Source: Opitutales bacterium (GTDB lineage: Bacteria > Verrucomicrobiota > Verrucomicrobiia > Opitutales > PNEW01). From it: a DNA stretch of 64,000 nucleotides. Position numbers and translations under genes: made by a program. Where the stretch lies: NCBI GenBank assembly GCA_965197745.1, contig CBDANS010000006.1, forward strand, positions 1,408,001 through 1,472,000. Direction: 5' to 3'. The notes under the pieces are model-generated. The model searched no databases, had not been told where the DNA came from, and saw only the letters and a list, made by a program, of their open reading frames with translations. Every line of letters starts with the position of its first letter. Within the stretch, counting starts at the first letter, position 1. Below are positions 20,711-31,472 of this stretch, piece after piece.

Positions 20711-23350
20711 TTATTGCAAAGCGCGCATTCTTATTTTCACGCAGCGCTCGTCTTCCTGGTGGTTGACTTTAAGGCGTTTCATTACAATCGAGCTTAGATC
20801 CGGGTGCTCATCTATAAACTGTTTGATTTGTTTCACGCTTTGATCGGAACAGAGCGTCGGGGTTAAATAACGAGCATAACTGGAGGTAAAAACATCGGGT
20901 TTGTGTTCGATGAGGAGCAAAAGATTGTTGAAAATATCGTGGGTAAATTGCTGGTGGAGAGTTTCCTGCTCAAAGGGAAAAAGATGCGTCATCACGACAC
21001 GAGCGCGTGCCATGGGAAGTGGAGAATCCAAATTCAAAAGTTTATCTATCCATTCCTCTTTGATCCCATTATCCGGTTGTACCACTAAAGCGGCTAAGGA
21101 TGACTTTTTACCTTTTTCCGAACCGTCTTTTTCAAGTTCAGCGAGACGAAGCGCTTCGGCTGTCGGATAACGATGTTTATTAAGGTGAATAACAATGTTC
21201 CAACGGCGATCCTGGTCGAGAGTATATTTTTTAAGTTTTAAATTGCCGTTGAGTAATGACTCCAACCGTGTGAGAGCCTCTGATGATCGGGCCATGCTGG
21301 TATAAGTATCCAGCCATAATTTTTGAAAATCTGATTTACCTTTAGCGGCGGTTAATTTTGACCAAAGGAAACTCTCACTCATCTCAATATACGCTTGTCT
21401 TTTGGCAATATCTTCCGGGGAACATTTTGGGAGGAAATATAGGGCGGCCTTCATACGATCCGCGGTTCGCGTCGCTATTTTGATATCCCTCTCATTTGAT
21501 AAATGTTCAAACATGATGGAGATATAGTCCCAAATCGATATTTCCAACGCTCGCACCATGTCCCAGAGGGATTGCCAAAACATCATGCGGACAAATGGAT
21601 CTTTGATTACGGACAGGTATGACTCGGCAGCCTGTAGCGTTGCGTTATCGAGCTGGACGTTGATAAAATCATAGTCACCGTGATTGGGATAAATTAGTAA
21701 TGGACAATTTTTTTGATGAAGTTGAAGAACGGGAGTTTCATCTGCTGAATAGATGACAGGGATGGATTGATTCAAAACGATCTTTCCGTCTTGAAGGGAA
21801 TACAGTCCCACCAGTGTTTTATGCTCTCGTAACCGCGGATAATTCGGTTGCGCTGTCTGCTTGAGGGTAAATGTCGTAATTTTATTATCGATGCACGTAA
21901 GCTCAGCCTTAAGATTGTTATGGTTAGAAGTTTTTAACCATGAATTGGTCCAAACCTTAAGATTTTTTCCCGAAGCATGGGACAGAGAATTTATAAAGTC
22001 GGCCATCACCGTATTTTTGAACGCATAATTTTTAAAATAATGCCGCACACCCTCCCTGAAATTCACAGGGCCCAAAAGGTGAGAGAGTTGTTTTAAAGCC
22101 GAAGCGCCTTTACCATAGGTGATGCCGTCAAAATTGGCGAATCCCTGTTGCGTGTCTGGGACTTCAGCGACAATGGGATGTGTGGTGACGAGGCGATCTT
22201 CCCAATAAGCCCATTGTTTAGTGCGATTATAAAATGTCTGCCACGCTAATTTAAATTCTGTCGCTTCAGCAAGGGCAAGGGAGGCCATATAGGTTGCGAA
22301 ACTTTCATTGAGCCACAAGTCATCCCACCATTTCATCGTTACCAGATTACCAAACCACATATGGGCCATTTCATGTAGAATGGTATTAGCTCTTCGTTCA
22401 CGCTGATTGTAAGTTGGCGTCCCTTTTGGCATATAGCTTTCATTAAAGGTCACCGCGCCGGTATTTTCCATCGCCCCGGCATTAAAGTCGGGGACAATCA
22501 ATTGATCGTATTTTCCAAAGGGGTAAGGGGTGTCGAAGTAATTTTGAAAAAAGTCGAAACCCTGTTTCGTGATTAAAAACCATTCATTTACATTCATGTA
22601 CTTGGCAAACGATTGACGGGAGAAAATCCTTAAGGGAATATTCCCTGCTTGGGATTTCCAGACCCTATAAGGACCGGCATGAAGGGAGAAAATATAAGTG
22701 CTGAATACTTCGCTTCTGGGAAAGATCCACTGTTTGCGTTGTAAAGGAATTTTATTTATTTCCGATTCCCGGTTTGAAGTCACAACCTTCCAATTCTCAG
22801 GAACCTCAACTTTCAATGCGTAACTGGCCTTAATGTCCGGTTGATCGAAACAGGGGAAGAGCAAATTGGCATCATAGGGTTCAAAGTCGGTATAAAGATA
22901 AACATTTTCATCTTCCGGATCTTTAAATCGATAGAGCCCGGAACCCGATTTACTATAGGGGTGCTGATACTCAACGGAAATAACATTGGTTCCCTTCCGT
23001 AACCATTGGGGTGCAATCGCAATAAAATAATTATTATAGGAAAAATTCTCGAACGGTTGCCTGTTTAAATTAAGGGTAATGATACTACCGCCTTCAAAGT
23101 CGATAGTGAGCGGGGCGTTATTATCATTTAATTCAAAAAAAATAATAACATTTCCTGAAAAATCTTTTTCTACTCGATCAAGTGAAAGCGAAAGTTCATA
23201 GCGCACGTTGCTGACAATCTTCGCTCGTTGCTCAGCGTCTATTTTTGTGAGGCCTCGGATCGCTTCTCGTGCGGATAATCCCTGTCCGGCAATGAATAGG
23301 GTAATAGCGACGGTTAAGAAGACGGATAGTTTCAGCGAATCTTTCCCCAT
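20711..23350 (-). CDS. pepN: Aminopeptidase N (M1 family), with signal peptide
   Basis: GAMEN, HEMAH-x18-E (WLNES) and FDGITYGKG motifs. Confidence 0.9.
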   Translation of the reverse strand: MGKDSLKLSVFLTVAITLFIAGQGLSAREAIRGLTKIDAEQRAKIVSNVRYELSLSLDRVEKDFSGNVIIFFELNDNNAPLTIDFEGGSIITLNLNRQPFENFSYNNYFIAIAPQWLRKGTNVISVEYQHPYSKSGSGLYRFKDPEDENVYLYTDFEPYDANLLFPCFDQPDIKASYALKVEVPENWKVVTSNRESEINKIPLQRKQWIFPRSEVFSTYIFSLHAGPYRVWKSQAGNIPLRIFSRQSFAKYMNVNEWFLITKQGFDFFQNYFDTPYPFGKYDQLIVPDFNAGAMENTGAVTFNESYMPKGTPTYNQRERRANTILHEMAHMWFGNLVTMKWWDDLWLNESFATYMASLALAEATEFKLAWQTFYNRTKQWAYWEDRLVTTHPIVAEVPDTQQGFANFDGITYGKGASALKQLSHLLGPVNFREGVRHYFKNYAFKNTVMADFINSLSHASGKNLKVWTNSWLKTSNHNNLKAELTCIDNKITTFTLKQTAQPNYPRLREHKTLVGLYSLQDGKIVLNQSIPVIYSADETPVLQLHQKNCPLLIYPNHGDYDFINVQLDNATLQAAESYLSVIKDPFVRMMFWQSLWDMVRALEISIWDYISIMFEHLSNERDIKIATRTADRMKAALYFLPKCSPEDIAKRQAYIEMSESFLWSKLTAAKGKSDFQKLWLDTYTSMARSSEALTRLESLLNGNLKLKKYTLDQDRRWNIVIHLNKHRYPTAEALRLAELEKDGSEKGKKSSLAALVVQPDNGIKEEWIDKLLNLDSPLPMARARVVMTHLFPFEQETLHQQFTHDIFNNLLLLIEHKPDVFTSSYARYLTPTLCSDQSVKQIKQFIDEHPDLSSIVMKRLKVNHQEDERCVKIRMRALQ

Positions 23351-23455
23351 GTCCGTAGTGTTAAATTTCCGGGTATCCTGATGGCAAGTGAAGGGATAGG
23401 GTATAATGAGGATGCTACCGACAGAAACCTAAGTCTATAGCGTAGGTAGTGCCAT

Positions 23456-23830
23456 TCACTTGCGAAGTGAATAGACCGGGGATTCTTTTGCCGTGTCTGC
23501 AAGTTTTTGCGTCGTTCGCTTCAGACGTGCAGTCAAAGTCTTGATAATGGCTAAACCGACATCCGGATTTTCCTGAATAAGCTTTCGCATATCGTCAGCC
23601 ACGACGTGGACAACCTTACTGGGTTCTTTTGCTTTTACGGTACAGGTCCGCGGTTCACCAAGAAAGTCACCCATCTCGCCAAAGATGGTGCCTGGATGCT
23701 TGAGCACGCTGAGTAGTATGCCATCTTTGATAACTTCCAGATTTCCCGACTCGAGGATATAAAAACCCCCGTCCGTTTGTCCCTGTTCAATGATAACCTG
23801 CCCCGGCGAAACTTCTAAATATTCTTCCAT
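23456..23830 (-). CDS. Stand-alone cyclic-nucleotide-binding domain protein
   Basis: FYILESG, FGEM and PRTCTV motifs; no HTH. Confidence 0.8.
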   Translation of the reverse strand: MEEYLEVSPGQVIIEQGQTDGGFYILESGNLEVIKDGILLSVLKHPGTIFGEMGDFLGEPRTCTVKAKEPSKVVHVVADDMRKLIQENPDVGLAIIKTLTARLKRTTQKLADTAKESPVYSLRK

Positions 23831-24134
23831 GGATCCTTATTCCTGTGATTAATCGGTGAGAACTAAATCAGAAAGTCAAACTTTACCTTAAAATTTATTT
23901 TTGATTTTGCCCTTTTGGCAAGCTTAGTCTTATTGACACATCCCAGGGGGTCAATTCTCTGCCAAGGGAACATTGTCCTTACGCTGGATACTTAATCATA
24001 TATACAGGGCGCACTTACAGAGAGGGTTGGAGATAAATAAATTTTTAAAAACTGGAATTTATTTTATTTCTTTGGCTCTTATAGGTCTAATTGTTAGCGA
24101 TAAACGGTGAAAAAAATCAAATTGAGAAAGCATC

Positions 24135-26363
24135 ATGGATTTTCAATGGATTAAACCTGCGGTGATTATTTATTTTGGGGTAACCCTTCCCCTCAATGCC
24201 GCGCCACAAGATCTCGACAACTTTACCGATTTTGAAGAAGTATCAGGAGAGGGAGATGAATTCATCATTGGCGACCCTCCCAACACCATTCGTGTCATAG
24301 GCTTCACCCTCGAAGATGTGGTGAGCCCAACGCTCGCCCATTCCGGGGCGCGTGCGCTTGTCCTTACGCCGGGCAAGGAAGGGAAAATTTTATTCGAACG
24401 GGGTGTCAACCTTCTTCAATTCTATGCGGCTGAATCGACGGGTGGAGCCAGGATTGAACTTAGAGATAGAAATTTTGAAGTTCTAAGCCCGAACGGTCTG
24501 GTCATTGGTTTACCCACTACCATCAGTCCCGGTGCCAATCCTCTATTACAAAGTTTTGTCGCATACAGTGGAGATTTTACTGATGCATCGGATATGAATT
24601 TTACGAATGGAATAACTGAGATAAAAGTAGTCAATGTGAACGGTGTATTTGCGCTCGATGATCTTGGATTCACCTATGTTGAAGGACCGCCCAATAACAC
24701 GGTATATGAAGATTTTGAAAGAAGATTCAATAATCCTTTATTTGCCGATCCGACTGAATTTACTTTAGGGCAATCTCCCTATACGGCTCATTTTGCTAAC
24801 GGCTTCGTGGGAACTTCGGGAAGGGAGTCATTTAACCACACCTTTCCAGCAGTCATATTGATCCCCAATGAATTCGTGAGTGGGGGCGGGTGGATTATCA
24901 GTGATAATAGTGTAGGGACAATTACCTTTGAAACGCCAGCTGCTCAGGTTCAATTTTATGCCGCTGTTGTCGTTGAAGGTGAAGGAGAGATTAATGTCTT
25001 TGATACAAATGATAACCTGATTACTTCGACAAGGGAAATCCCGAGAAATATTGAAATAACTTCTGTTGTTCCATTCACCTTTTTTGATTTTAATGCCGCG
25101 GAACTGGGTGCTCCAAACGGGATTGGAAAAGTTACCTACCACAGAAATCCGGGAATGGTAACGGGGCAAGGTGATATAGACGATATTGTTATTGATGACA
25201 TTGGGTTTACTCCCATCGGTGCCCCGGGAAGCGGGACCGAGGGTCCCATCCCCTCAGAAGCTCCCTCGATCATTACTCAACCCATAAGCCAGGAAGTGCA
25301 GTCCGGCACCGCTCTAGTCTTGTCAGTAACCGCAACTGGAGATGACTTGAGTTACCAGTGGTATGAAGGTAACAGCGGTGACGTCACTAATCCCATTGCT
25401 GGCGCCACAGACGGGACGATCGACACCGGTATTCTTACCGAGAGCAGGAATTTCTGGGTAGCGGTTACTGGCACAGGTGGTAGCGCTGACAGCGATACCG
25501 CGGTCATCACGGTTGCAGTTCCTTCCGTGCCCCTCGTCCTCGATGGTGCGGGCGATATTGCCGGTGAAAATATCCAGCACCCTAATGGTAATATATTCGA
25601 CCAGGTACTGCTAACAGGAGAAACGATTCAGCTTCAGGCCAGACCGGGACAGATCACACGGGTCTCCTTTATGGATGAAGACGAAGACATCGTGCAGGTA
25701 GAGTTCTCAGGAGCAGGGACCTTTACTGTTACCTTGGACCCGGCCACCTTCCTACCCCCTGCGTTGCCCCCTCGCTACAATCAGGAAGTGTCCTATGTGA
25801 CCGGTAAACCGAGCTTGGTAATCGATGGCGCCGACGACACGACTTTTTTCAGTATCTTCACCGTAGGATCGATTAATGCCGTAAACCAGGCCCTCTTCCC
25901 CGAAGGGCAGGTCTATGATGCCCAGGCCGACGTCACCCTCGTGGAAGTAATCAACTCCACCGGAATGGGTGGCATGCAACTGGCGAATACGGTATTCAGC
26001 GGAGACACAGGGAAGGTAGGCATAGATGCCCGCGGAGTGCCGATAGCAGTACGTTTAACGATAGGTGACATCGACGCCAGTGGCGATGCAGTACCTCATC
26101 TGTTGTTTGGAGAAGATTCCTTTACAGTACCTGCGGGCAATCAGGGACTGCGCATTACTGGAGGAGATTTTGCGCAGGCGAACGGAGCTTCAATCATTGT
26201 CGCGGAGGGTGGATCGACGACCCTTGGGTTTGAAACTCTATTCTCTCAGAATAATTTTAAGTCAGATGGAACAGATCAACCCACACAGAGCATAGACGCG
26301 ACTTTTAGAAATGAGGATGGAGATGAAATTACGGTCTCTGTGATTGAGGTGACGATCAATTAA
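24135..26363 (+). CDS. Secreted/surface protein paralog 2 (Ig-like plus conserved C-terminal domain)
   Basis: Signal peptide; architecture collinear with 1414-3618. Confidence 0.8.
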   Translation: MDFQWIKPAVIIYFGVTLPLNAAPQDLDNFTDFEEVSGEGDEFIIGDPPNTIRVIGFTLEDVVSPTLAHSGARALVLTPGKEGKILFERGVNLLQFYAAESTGGARIELRDRNFEVLSPNGLVIGLPTTISPGANPLLQSFVAYSGDFTDASDMNFTNGITEIKVVNVNGVFALDDLGFTYVEGPPNNTVYEDFERRFNNPLFADPTEFTLGQSPYTAHFANGFVGTSGRESFNHTFPAVILIPNEFVSGGGWIISDNSVGTITFETPAAQVQFYAAVVVEGEGEINVFDTNDNLITSTREIPRNIEITSVVPFTFFDFNAAELGAPNGIGKVTYHRNPGMVTGQGDIDDIVIDDIGFTPIGAPGSGTEGPIPSEAPSIITQPISQEVQSGTALVLSVTATGDDLSYQWYEGNSGDVTNPIAGATDGTIDTGILTESRNFWVAVTGTGGSADSDTAVITVAVPSVPLVLDGAGDIAGENIQHPNGNIFDQVLLTGETIQLQARPGQITRVSFMDEDEDIVQVEFSGAGTFTVTLDPATFLPPALPPRYNQEVSYVTGKPSLVIDGADDTTFFSIFTVGSINAVNQALFPEGQVYDAQADVTLVEVINSTGMGGMQLANTVFSGDTGKVGIDARGVPIAVRLTIGDIDASGDAVPHLLFGEDSFTVPAGNQGLRITGGDFAQANGASIIVAEGGSTTLGFETLFSQNNFKSDGTDQPTQSIDATFRNEDGDEITVSVIEVTIN

Positions 26364-26386
26364 TCACACATCTGAAAAAGGATTTT

Positions 26387-26923
26387 TTACGTGTATCGCA
26401 GTGCTAAGGCGATAACCGTGGCCCAGCCCAGAACCTTGAACTTGCCGGCTGAAAGAGCGGCTTCCACTTCGGAACGACTGAGTCTTTGAAGTTCCTGTTC
26501 TTCCAGATCATCTGAGTTAGATTCAGACACCTGGCGCGCTTCACGGGCAAGAAAAAGATGGGCAATGCCAGCACCTCGATTGCCGTCCACGATATAATCT
26601 CCCAGATGAATCCAATCCCCTGCTACATACCCGGTCTCTTCCAGGAGCTCCCGTTGTGCGGCGGTAAGGGAGTCTTCACCCGGTTCCAGGTATCCTCCCA
26701 CCGGTGCAAGCGTTATTCCCTCCACACTGTATTTAGTCTGACGGAAGCAAAGATACTCACCTTTTTCGGTTACCGCGGCAATATTTACGTAGTCGGGAGT
26801 GATAATCCAGGGCCAATCATCAATCACTTTACCGTCGGGTAACTCAACTGCGTGATTTTCGACAAGTAAATAACTGCTGTGATTCAAGATAGTTTCTCGG
26901 GAGAGCGTTTTCCAGGGTTTCAC
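26387..26923 (-). CDS. NUDIX hydrolase
   Basis: GGYLEPGE..AAQRELLEETG Nudix box. Confidence 0.9.
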   Translation of the reverse strand: MKPWKTLSRETILNHSSYLLVENHAVELPDGKVIDDWPWIITPDYVNIAAVTEKGEYLCFRQTKYSVEGITLAPVGGYLEPGEDSLTAAQRELLEETGYVAGDWIHLGDYIVDGNRGAGIAHLFLAREARQVSESNSDDLEEQELQRLSRSEVEAALSAGKFKVLGWATVIALALRYT

Positions 26924-26994
26924 AGGGTCGAAGTTCCTTGCTTAAATTATATTAAGATCATGCGATTTTTTTAATAGGTGATTAATCCCTATTT

Positions 26995-27187
26995 AACAAT
27001 AATACAAACGCGGACGAGGCCCTTAATTACGAAATAAATGGTGGAGCGGGCTACCTGTCACGCCGTAGTCCCGCCACCGCGGGACGGGAATACGGTTGAT
27101 CCCAGCCCGCTTCTTTTTTATTACTTATCCGAAAACGTGGTAGGGACACGATTCGACTGAGCTCGTCGCAGGCCGCGTTCCTCCTGG
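26995..27187. repeat. REP-like cluster with two nested inserts
   Basis: Inserts at 27054-27099 and 27149-27172; unit order resembles the 16739-17030 cluster. Confidence 0.8.
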
Positions 27188-27329
27188 CATTCTCATGGAA
27201 ATATGCCACACGTCCAACAACCTTAACCCTTAGCCAACTATTTCAATTTACGGAGAAATATATGTTGCAGGATGGAATAGAGTTTTGTATTGGCTATACG
27301 AATTCTAAAAATTAACTAATACAACACTT

Positions 27330-28061
27330 ATGAGTAGCGAGACATTCATCCAGGCATTACAATCAGAAATCGATAAAAGACACCTGTTAAAGCACCCGTT
27401 TTATCAAATGTGGAATCGTGGAACATTACCCATAGAGGTGATGAGAAAATATGCTGAACAGTACTACCATTTAGAAAAGAATTTTCCGACATTCTTAAGT
27501 CGAATGCATGCAGCTTGTGCCAATGATGAATTCGAGGTGCGTCAGGCTATCACTGATAATCTCTATGATGAAGAACACGGCCCTGAAAATCACCGTGAAT
27601 TGTGGCTGCGATTTGGAGAGGGGATTGGCGCGACACGCACCGATATGCAGGGTTCAGTGCCATTGGCTGAAACCCAGGCGGCTATTGATACCTTTAGTGA
27701 GTTGGCCTCCAATTCATACCTGGAGGGTGTCGGCGCATTGGCTGCTTACGAATCACAAATTCCTGCAGTCGCTGAGACGAAACTGGATGGATTGGAAAAT
27801 AATTACCAGATGACAGATGAGCGAAGCCAAAGGTTTTTCAAGGTTCACGGCATCATGGATATCGAGCACGCAAATTCCTGGTGGGACATTATTCGAAAGC
27901 ACGCGGACAACGAGGAGAAGGAAAATAAGGTGACCGAAGCAGTGAAGAGAGGGAGAGACGCGCTCTGGAGTTTTCTCGACGGAGTCAGCCGCACTTATAT
28001 GCCAGAAGAAGAGCAGGAAGAAATGGAATTGCTCTATGCAGAGGTGGCTCCACCCGCCTGA
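27330..28061 (+). CDS. CADD-family (TenA/PqqC-like, heme-oxygenase-like dimetal) putative p-aminobenzoate synthase
   Basis: HPFY, DEE..NH, YESQIP..K and HxxxDxxH motifs as in Chlamydia CADD; directly upstream of folP and folK. Confidence 0.85.
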   Translation: MSSETFIQALQSEIDKRHLLKHPFYQMWNRGTLPIEVMRKYAEQYYHLEKNFPTFLSRMHAACANDEFEVRQAITDNLYDEEHGPENHRELWLRFGEGIGATRTDMQGSVPLAETQAAIDTFSELASNSYLEGVGALAAYESQIPAVAETKLDGLENNYQMTDERSQRFFKVHGIMDIEHANSWWDIIRKHADNEEKENKVTEAVKRGRDALWSFLDGVSRTYMPEEEQEEMELLYAEVAPPA

Positions 28062-28067
28062 TCGCAT

Positions 28068-28880
28068 TTGAAGTTTAAAAAAAACAAAACAGTAATCATG
28101 GGGGTGCTAAATGTCACCCCCGATTCATTTTCAGATGGCGGCCAGTTTTTTACGGTTGAAGATGCCATTACGAGGGCGAAGCAGCTTGTAGAAGAGGGTG
28201 CCGACATCATAGATGTCGGAGGAGAAAGCACGCGACCCGGTTCGGATCCGGTCACCACAGAGGAGGAACTCAGCCGTGTGGTCCCGGTAATTGAGCAATT
28301 GGCAAAGGATATTAAAGTACCGGTTTCGATCGATACCTATGAACCGGTTGTCGCGGAAAAATGTATCAGTCGCGGCGCAAAGATGATTAATGATATAAGC
28401 GGCTTGCGTCATGAGGATGGGAGGATGATGCATGTTGCCGCAGAGCATCGCGTGCCCATCTGCATTGTTCACATGCAGGGGTTACCGAAGACCATGCAGC
28501 AGGAACCCCATTACGATGATGTGATTACAGATATTAAACAATTTTTCAGTGAGCGTGTGGATGCCGCTCAGTCGGCTGGGATACAAATTGAAAATATCAT
28601 TCTCGATCCGGGTATAGGCTTTGGTAAAACCCTGGAACATAACTTAACGATTTTAAGGCGATTGCACGAACTTACTGATCTTGGATTGCCACTCCTGATC
28701 GGAACCTCGCGTAAGTCGTTTATTGGAAAAATCAGCGACCTTGATGCAGACCAACGTTTGGAGGGCACTATTGCTTCAAATGTAATAGCGGTATTGAACG
28801 GCGCTCAAATTGTGCGCGTTCACGATGTGCGTGAGCATAAACGCGCTTTCGAAATCATTGATGCCATCAGAGCGGCATAA
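28068..28880 (+). CDS. folP: Dihydropteroate synthase
   Basis: NVTPDSFSDGG, GGESTRPG, DPGIGF, SRKSF and RVHDV motifs. Confidence 0.97.
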   Translation: MKFKKNKTVIMGVLNVTPDSFSDGGQFFTVEDAITRAKQLVEEGADIIDVGGESTRPGSDPVTTEEELSRVVPVIEQLAKDIKVPVSIDTYEPVVAEKCISRGAKMINDISGLRHEDGRMMHVAAEHRVPICIVHMQGLPKTMQQEPHYDDVITDIKQFFSERVDAAQSAGIQIENIILDPGIGFGKTLEHNLTILRRLHELTDLGLPLLIGTSRKSFIGKISDLDADQRLEGTIASNVIAVLNGAQIVRVHDVREHKRAFEIIDAIRAA

Positions 28881-28885
28881 TAATA

Positions 28886-29341
28886 ATGGTAAGCGATGTC
28901 TTTTTAGGACTGGGAGCCAACCTTGGCGACCGCAGTAAGAATATCGAACAAGCTGCTGCAATGCTCGGTGAACACGGGACCGTCATTGCCGTATCAAAGT
29001 TACATGAAACCGAACCTTGGGGGATTACCGATCAACCGCTGTTTTTAAACGCTGCCCTGCACCTGCAAACTAGTCTTGAGGCTTACAATCTGCTTAAAAG
29101 CATTTTTGAAATCGAACGCAATCTTAAGCGTGAAAGAAGGGTCAAGTACGGACCGCGTACCATTGATATCGATATTCTGCTTTATGGGGATACGGTCATT
29201 GATGAACCAGGATTACAAGTGCCTCATCCTGGTATGCACGAGCGATTATCTGTCCTTCTGCCCCTCATCGATATCGCTCCCGAGGTGGTGCACCCCGTGC
29301 TTCGAAAGACGGTCGCGGAACTTCTGGCGGAGATGATGTGA
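28886..29341 (+). CDS. folK: 6-hydroxymethyl-7,8-dihydropterin pyrophosphokinase
   Basis: LGANLGD, GPRTIDIDIL and PHP motifs. Confidence 0.97.
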   Translation: MVSDVFLGLGANLGDRSKNIEQAAAMLGEHGTVIAVSKLHETEPWGITDQPLFLNAALHLQTSLEAYNLLKSIFEIERNLKRERRVKYGPRTIDIDILLYGDTVIDEPGLQVPHPGMHERLSVLLPLIDIAPEVVHPVLRKTVAELLAEMM

Positions 29342-29460
29342 ATAAAAGGTGCCAGTGTTTCCTTCGACTACGCTCAGGACAGGCATGGGTTCGGGGTTCA
29401 GTGGGAGAAGGTGTCGGGGTTCAGATACCAGTAAACAGTGAACAGTATGGAAGAGGGAAG
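29342..29460 (+). repeat. ORF-less heptamer cassette arm with 24-bp insert
   Basis: GGGTTCR and GTRAACA heptamers directly after the folK stop; insert TCCTTCGACTACGCTCAGGACAGG at 29360-29383. Confidence 0.65.
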
Positions 29461-29582
29461 ATTGGCTGGCTGGATATATCTGTATATTTTATGCATATTC
29501 TATCCTTCCATTCTTCACCTGATTACTGCTAACTTTTCACTTAACCCTCAACTCAGAACCAATAATCCTTATATTTAGAATA

Positions 29583-29789
29583 ATGGACATAGGAAAAGGT
29601 ATCTTCAATTTCCCCTCTGGGTATTTATCACGGCTTCGCTACCCTTGGTTATTTCTCATTACTATTTTGCTCTTTATCTTCGACTTGGTGATTCCGGATG
29701 TCCTGCCTTTTGTCGATGAAATTATTCTCGGTCTGTTGGCCGCAATTTTCAGCAAAATGAAAAAAGAGAAATCCGGGAAGTCAGAGTGA
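29583..29789 (+). CDS. Small membrane protein (DUF6116-like)
   Basis: LRYPWLF..DLVIPDVLPFVDEIILG motif. Confidence 0.65.
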   Translation: MDIGKGIFNFPSGYLSRLRYPWLFLITILLFIFDLVIPDVLPFVDEIILGLLAAIFSKMKKEKSGKSE

Positions 29790-29804
29790 GAGGTGTTAGT
29801 GACT

Positions 29805-30392
29805 GAGGATTCAGGGTTCAGGGTTCAGGAAAAATGCCGATAGTTAAAAGTGAACTGTAGTTAAACGGTCGACTGTCGGAGGAGAGGAATGAGTGCCTAT
29901 AAACGGTTGGAGGATTTAAGTGTTTATCAGAAGCTATGCCAACTTCACATTGAAATCTGTGACTTAACTCACGAGTGGCCCGTTGAGGAAAAATACGAAC
30001 TTGGGTCGCAAGCGAGACGGTCTTCAAACAGTGCAGCTGCTCAATTAGCTGAGAAATACGATGTTTCGGCATATTAGAAATAAGATCGAGGGAGTGAATC
30101 GCAGTCGAGGTGAAGCCGCTGAAATTTTGCACCACATATATATGGCGCATCTGAAGAAATACGAAAGCAGAAATACATATGAGGATTATACCCAACGCTA
30201 TCAGGAATGCATCCGGATGCTGAATGGAATGGAACGGTCCTTAGAGAGGTATCTACCCGAAAGTGCCCATCGATGGCCCGAAGCCACACACGAGGAACGT
30301 TAATCGCAGATTAACTCCACATCGGTCTTTTCTGAACCCTGAACCCTGAACCCTGCCTGTCCTGAGCGAAGCCGAAGGAAACCCTGAACCCT
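29805..30392 (+). mobile_element. Four-helix-bundle cassette 1 with inverted heptamer flanks (putative mobile element)
   Basis: Left flank (GGGTTCA)n plus conserved leader AAAATGCCGATAGTTA; right flank (TGAACCC)n containing a 24-bp insert at 30356-30379. Confidence 0.6.
29889..30303 (+). pseudogene. Four helix bundle protein (23S rRNA-IVP / TIGR02436-like), frameshifted
   Basis: LEDLSVYQK, EEKYELGSQARRSSNS..AE and SRGEAAE motifs; +1 nt near 30064 splits it into ORFs 29889-30077 and 30061-30303, compared with intact EKYDDRHIRN in the 46425 copy. Confidence 0.85.
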
Positions 30393-30476
30393 AGCTCGTG
30401 ACTTCCAGTATTGACGGCGTTAGAAACCGTCACGACAATCACGGTCGTCAAAAGCAACAAAAACTAAAGGAACATC

Positions 30477-31370
30477 ATGACCAGAGTTAATAAATGTATC
30501 GAATTGTTGGAGCAGGGGGAACCGGTCTACTTAAGCACTTGGGCTGAAGTTACTTATGAAGCTGGCCTGGAGCAGGCAAAAACCTGGGCCGACATGATCA
30601 TCATCGATTTTGAACACCTCGCTTACGATATTGTGGGTCTGACTAAGTTCATGCGCGGTCTTAAGGATGGGGGCCCTACCGCAAGTGGTCATCCGACACC
30701 GACCGTGCTTGTATCTCCACCTCCGAATTGTACTAGTCCTGAAGAAGTCATTTACAATGCATGGCAAGTCAGGCAGATCCTTACGACAGGGGTCCATGGA
30801 TTTTACTACCCGCAGGCGCGTGATCCCGAGTCGGTTAAGGCTTATGTCTCTACCACACGTTACACTTTTCAGACTATCGGGCGCGACCAGGGTTTACCGG
30901 AGGGCCTGCGCGGACACGGCGGGGAGAATCATGCAGCCAAAATCTGGGACATTTCTCCCGACGATTACCTGATGAAAGCGGACCCATGGCCCTTGAATCC
31001 GGATGGTGAACTATTGCTGGGCCTGAAAATTGAAGACCCGCAAGGCATAGCAAATGCCGAAGCAATCGCCAGTACTCCTGGTATCGCACTTATGGCAGGG
31101 GGGGTAGGTGATATAGCGATGTCGATGGGCTATGTCCCGAGACCCGACTGGCCCTACCCATCGGACTTGTTAAATGCATGGTTAGCCATAGAGTCGACCT
31201 GTAGAAAGGTTGGTATTTCCTTTGTCTGGGGTTGGCATGATCCTGAAATGACCGAAGAGCAACAGGTGGAGTACCTCATCAAAGAAAAAGGGGCAAAAAT
31301 AATAGTGGGGAAAAACGAGGAATATGCAGCCGCCGGCCGGAAAATCACCGGCCGCACCATGCCCGTGTAG
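30477..31370 (+). CDS. HpcH/HpaI aldolase/citrate lyase family protein
   Basis: IDFEH, LKIED and GVGDIAMSMG motifs. Confidence 0.75.
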   Translation: MTRVNKCIELLEQGEPVYLSTWAEVTYEAGLEQAKTWADMIIIDFEHLAYDIVGLTKFMRGLKDGGPTASGHPTPTVLVSPPPNCTSPEEVIYNAWQVRQILTTGVHGFYYPQARDPESVKAYVSTTRYTFQTIGRDQGLPEGLRGHGGENHAAKIWDISPDDYLMKADPWPLNPDGELLLGLKIEDPQGIANAEAIASTPGIALMAGGVGDIAMSMGYVPRPDWPYPSDLLNAWLAIESTCRKVGISFVWGWHDPEMTEEQQVEYLIKEKGAKIIVGKNEEYAAAGRKITGRTMPV

Positions 31371-31471
31371 GGGAAAGAAGTGAACGGTGAACAGTGGAAG
31401 AATGAATTGATTATAATTATTTCCCTGAACCCATGCCCGTCCTGAGCGAAGCCGAAGGAAACCCGACACCT
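31371..31471 (+). repeat. Short ORF-less heptamer cassette with 24-bp insert
   Basis: GTGAACGGTGAACAG left arm, CCCTGAACCC right arm, insert at 31436-31459. Confidence 0.65.
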
Positions 31472-31472
31472 T

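Noticed and set aside
29818..30195. Similar antisense ORFs ending TIGIFPEP here and at 46348-46563
   Set aside because: The similarity simply mirrors the conserved cassette leader and four-helix-bundle gene on the plus strand
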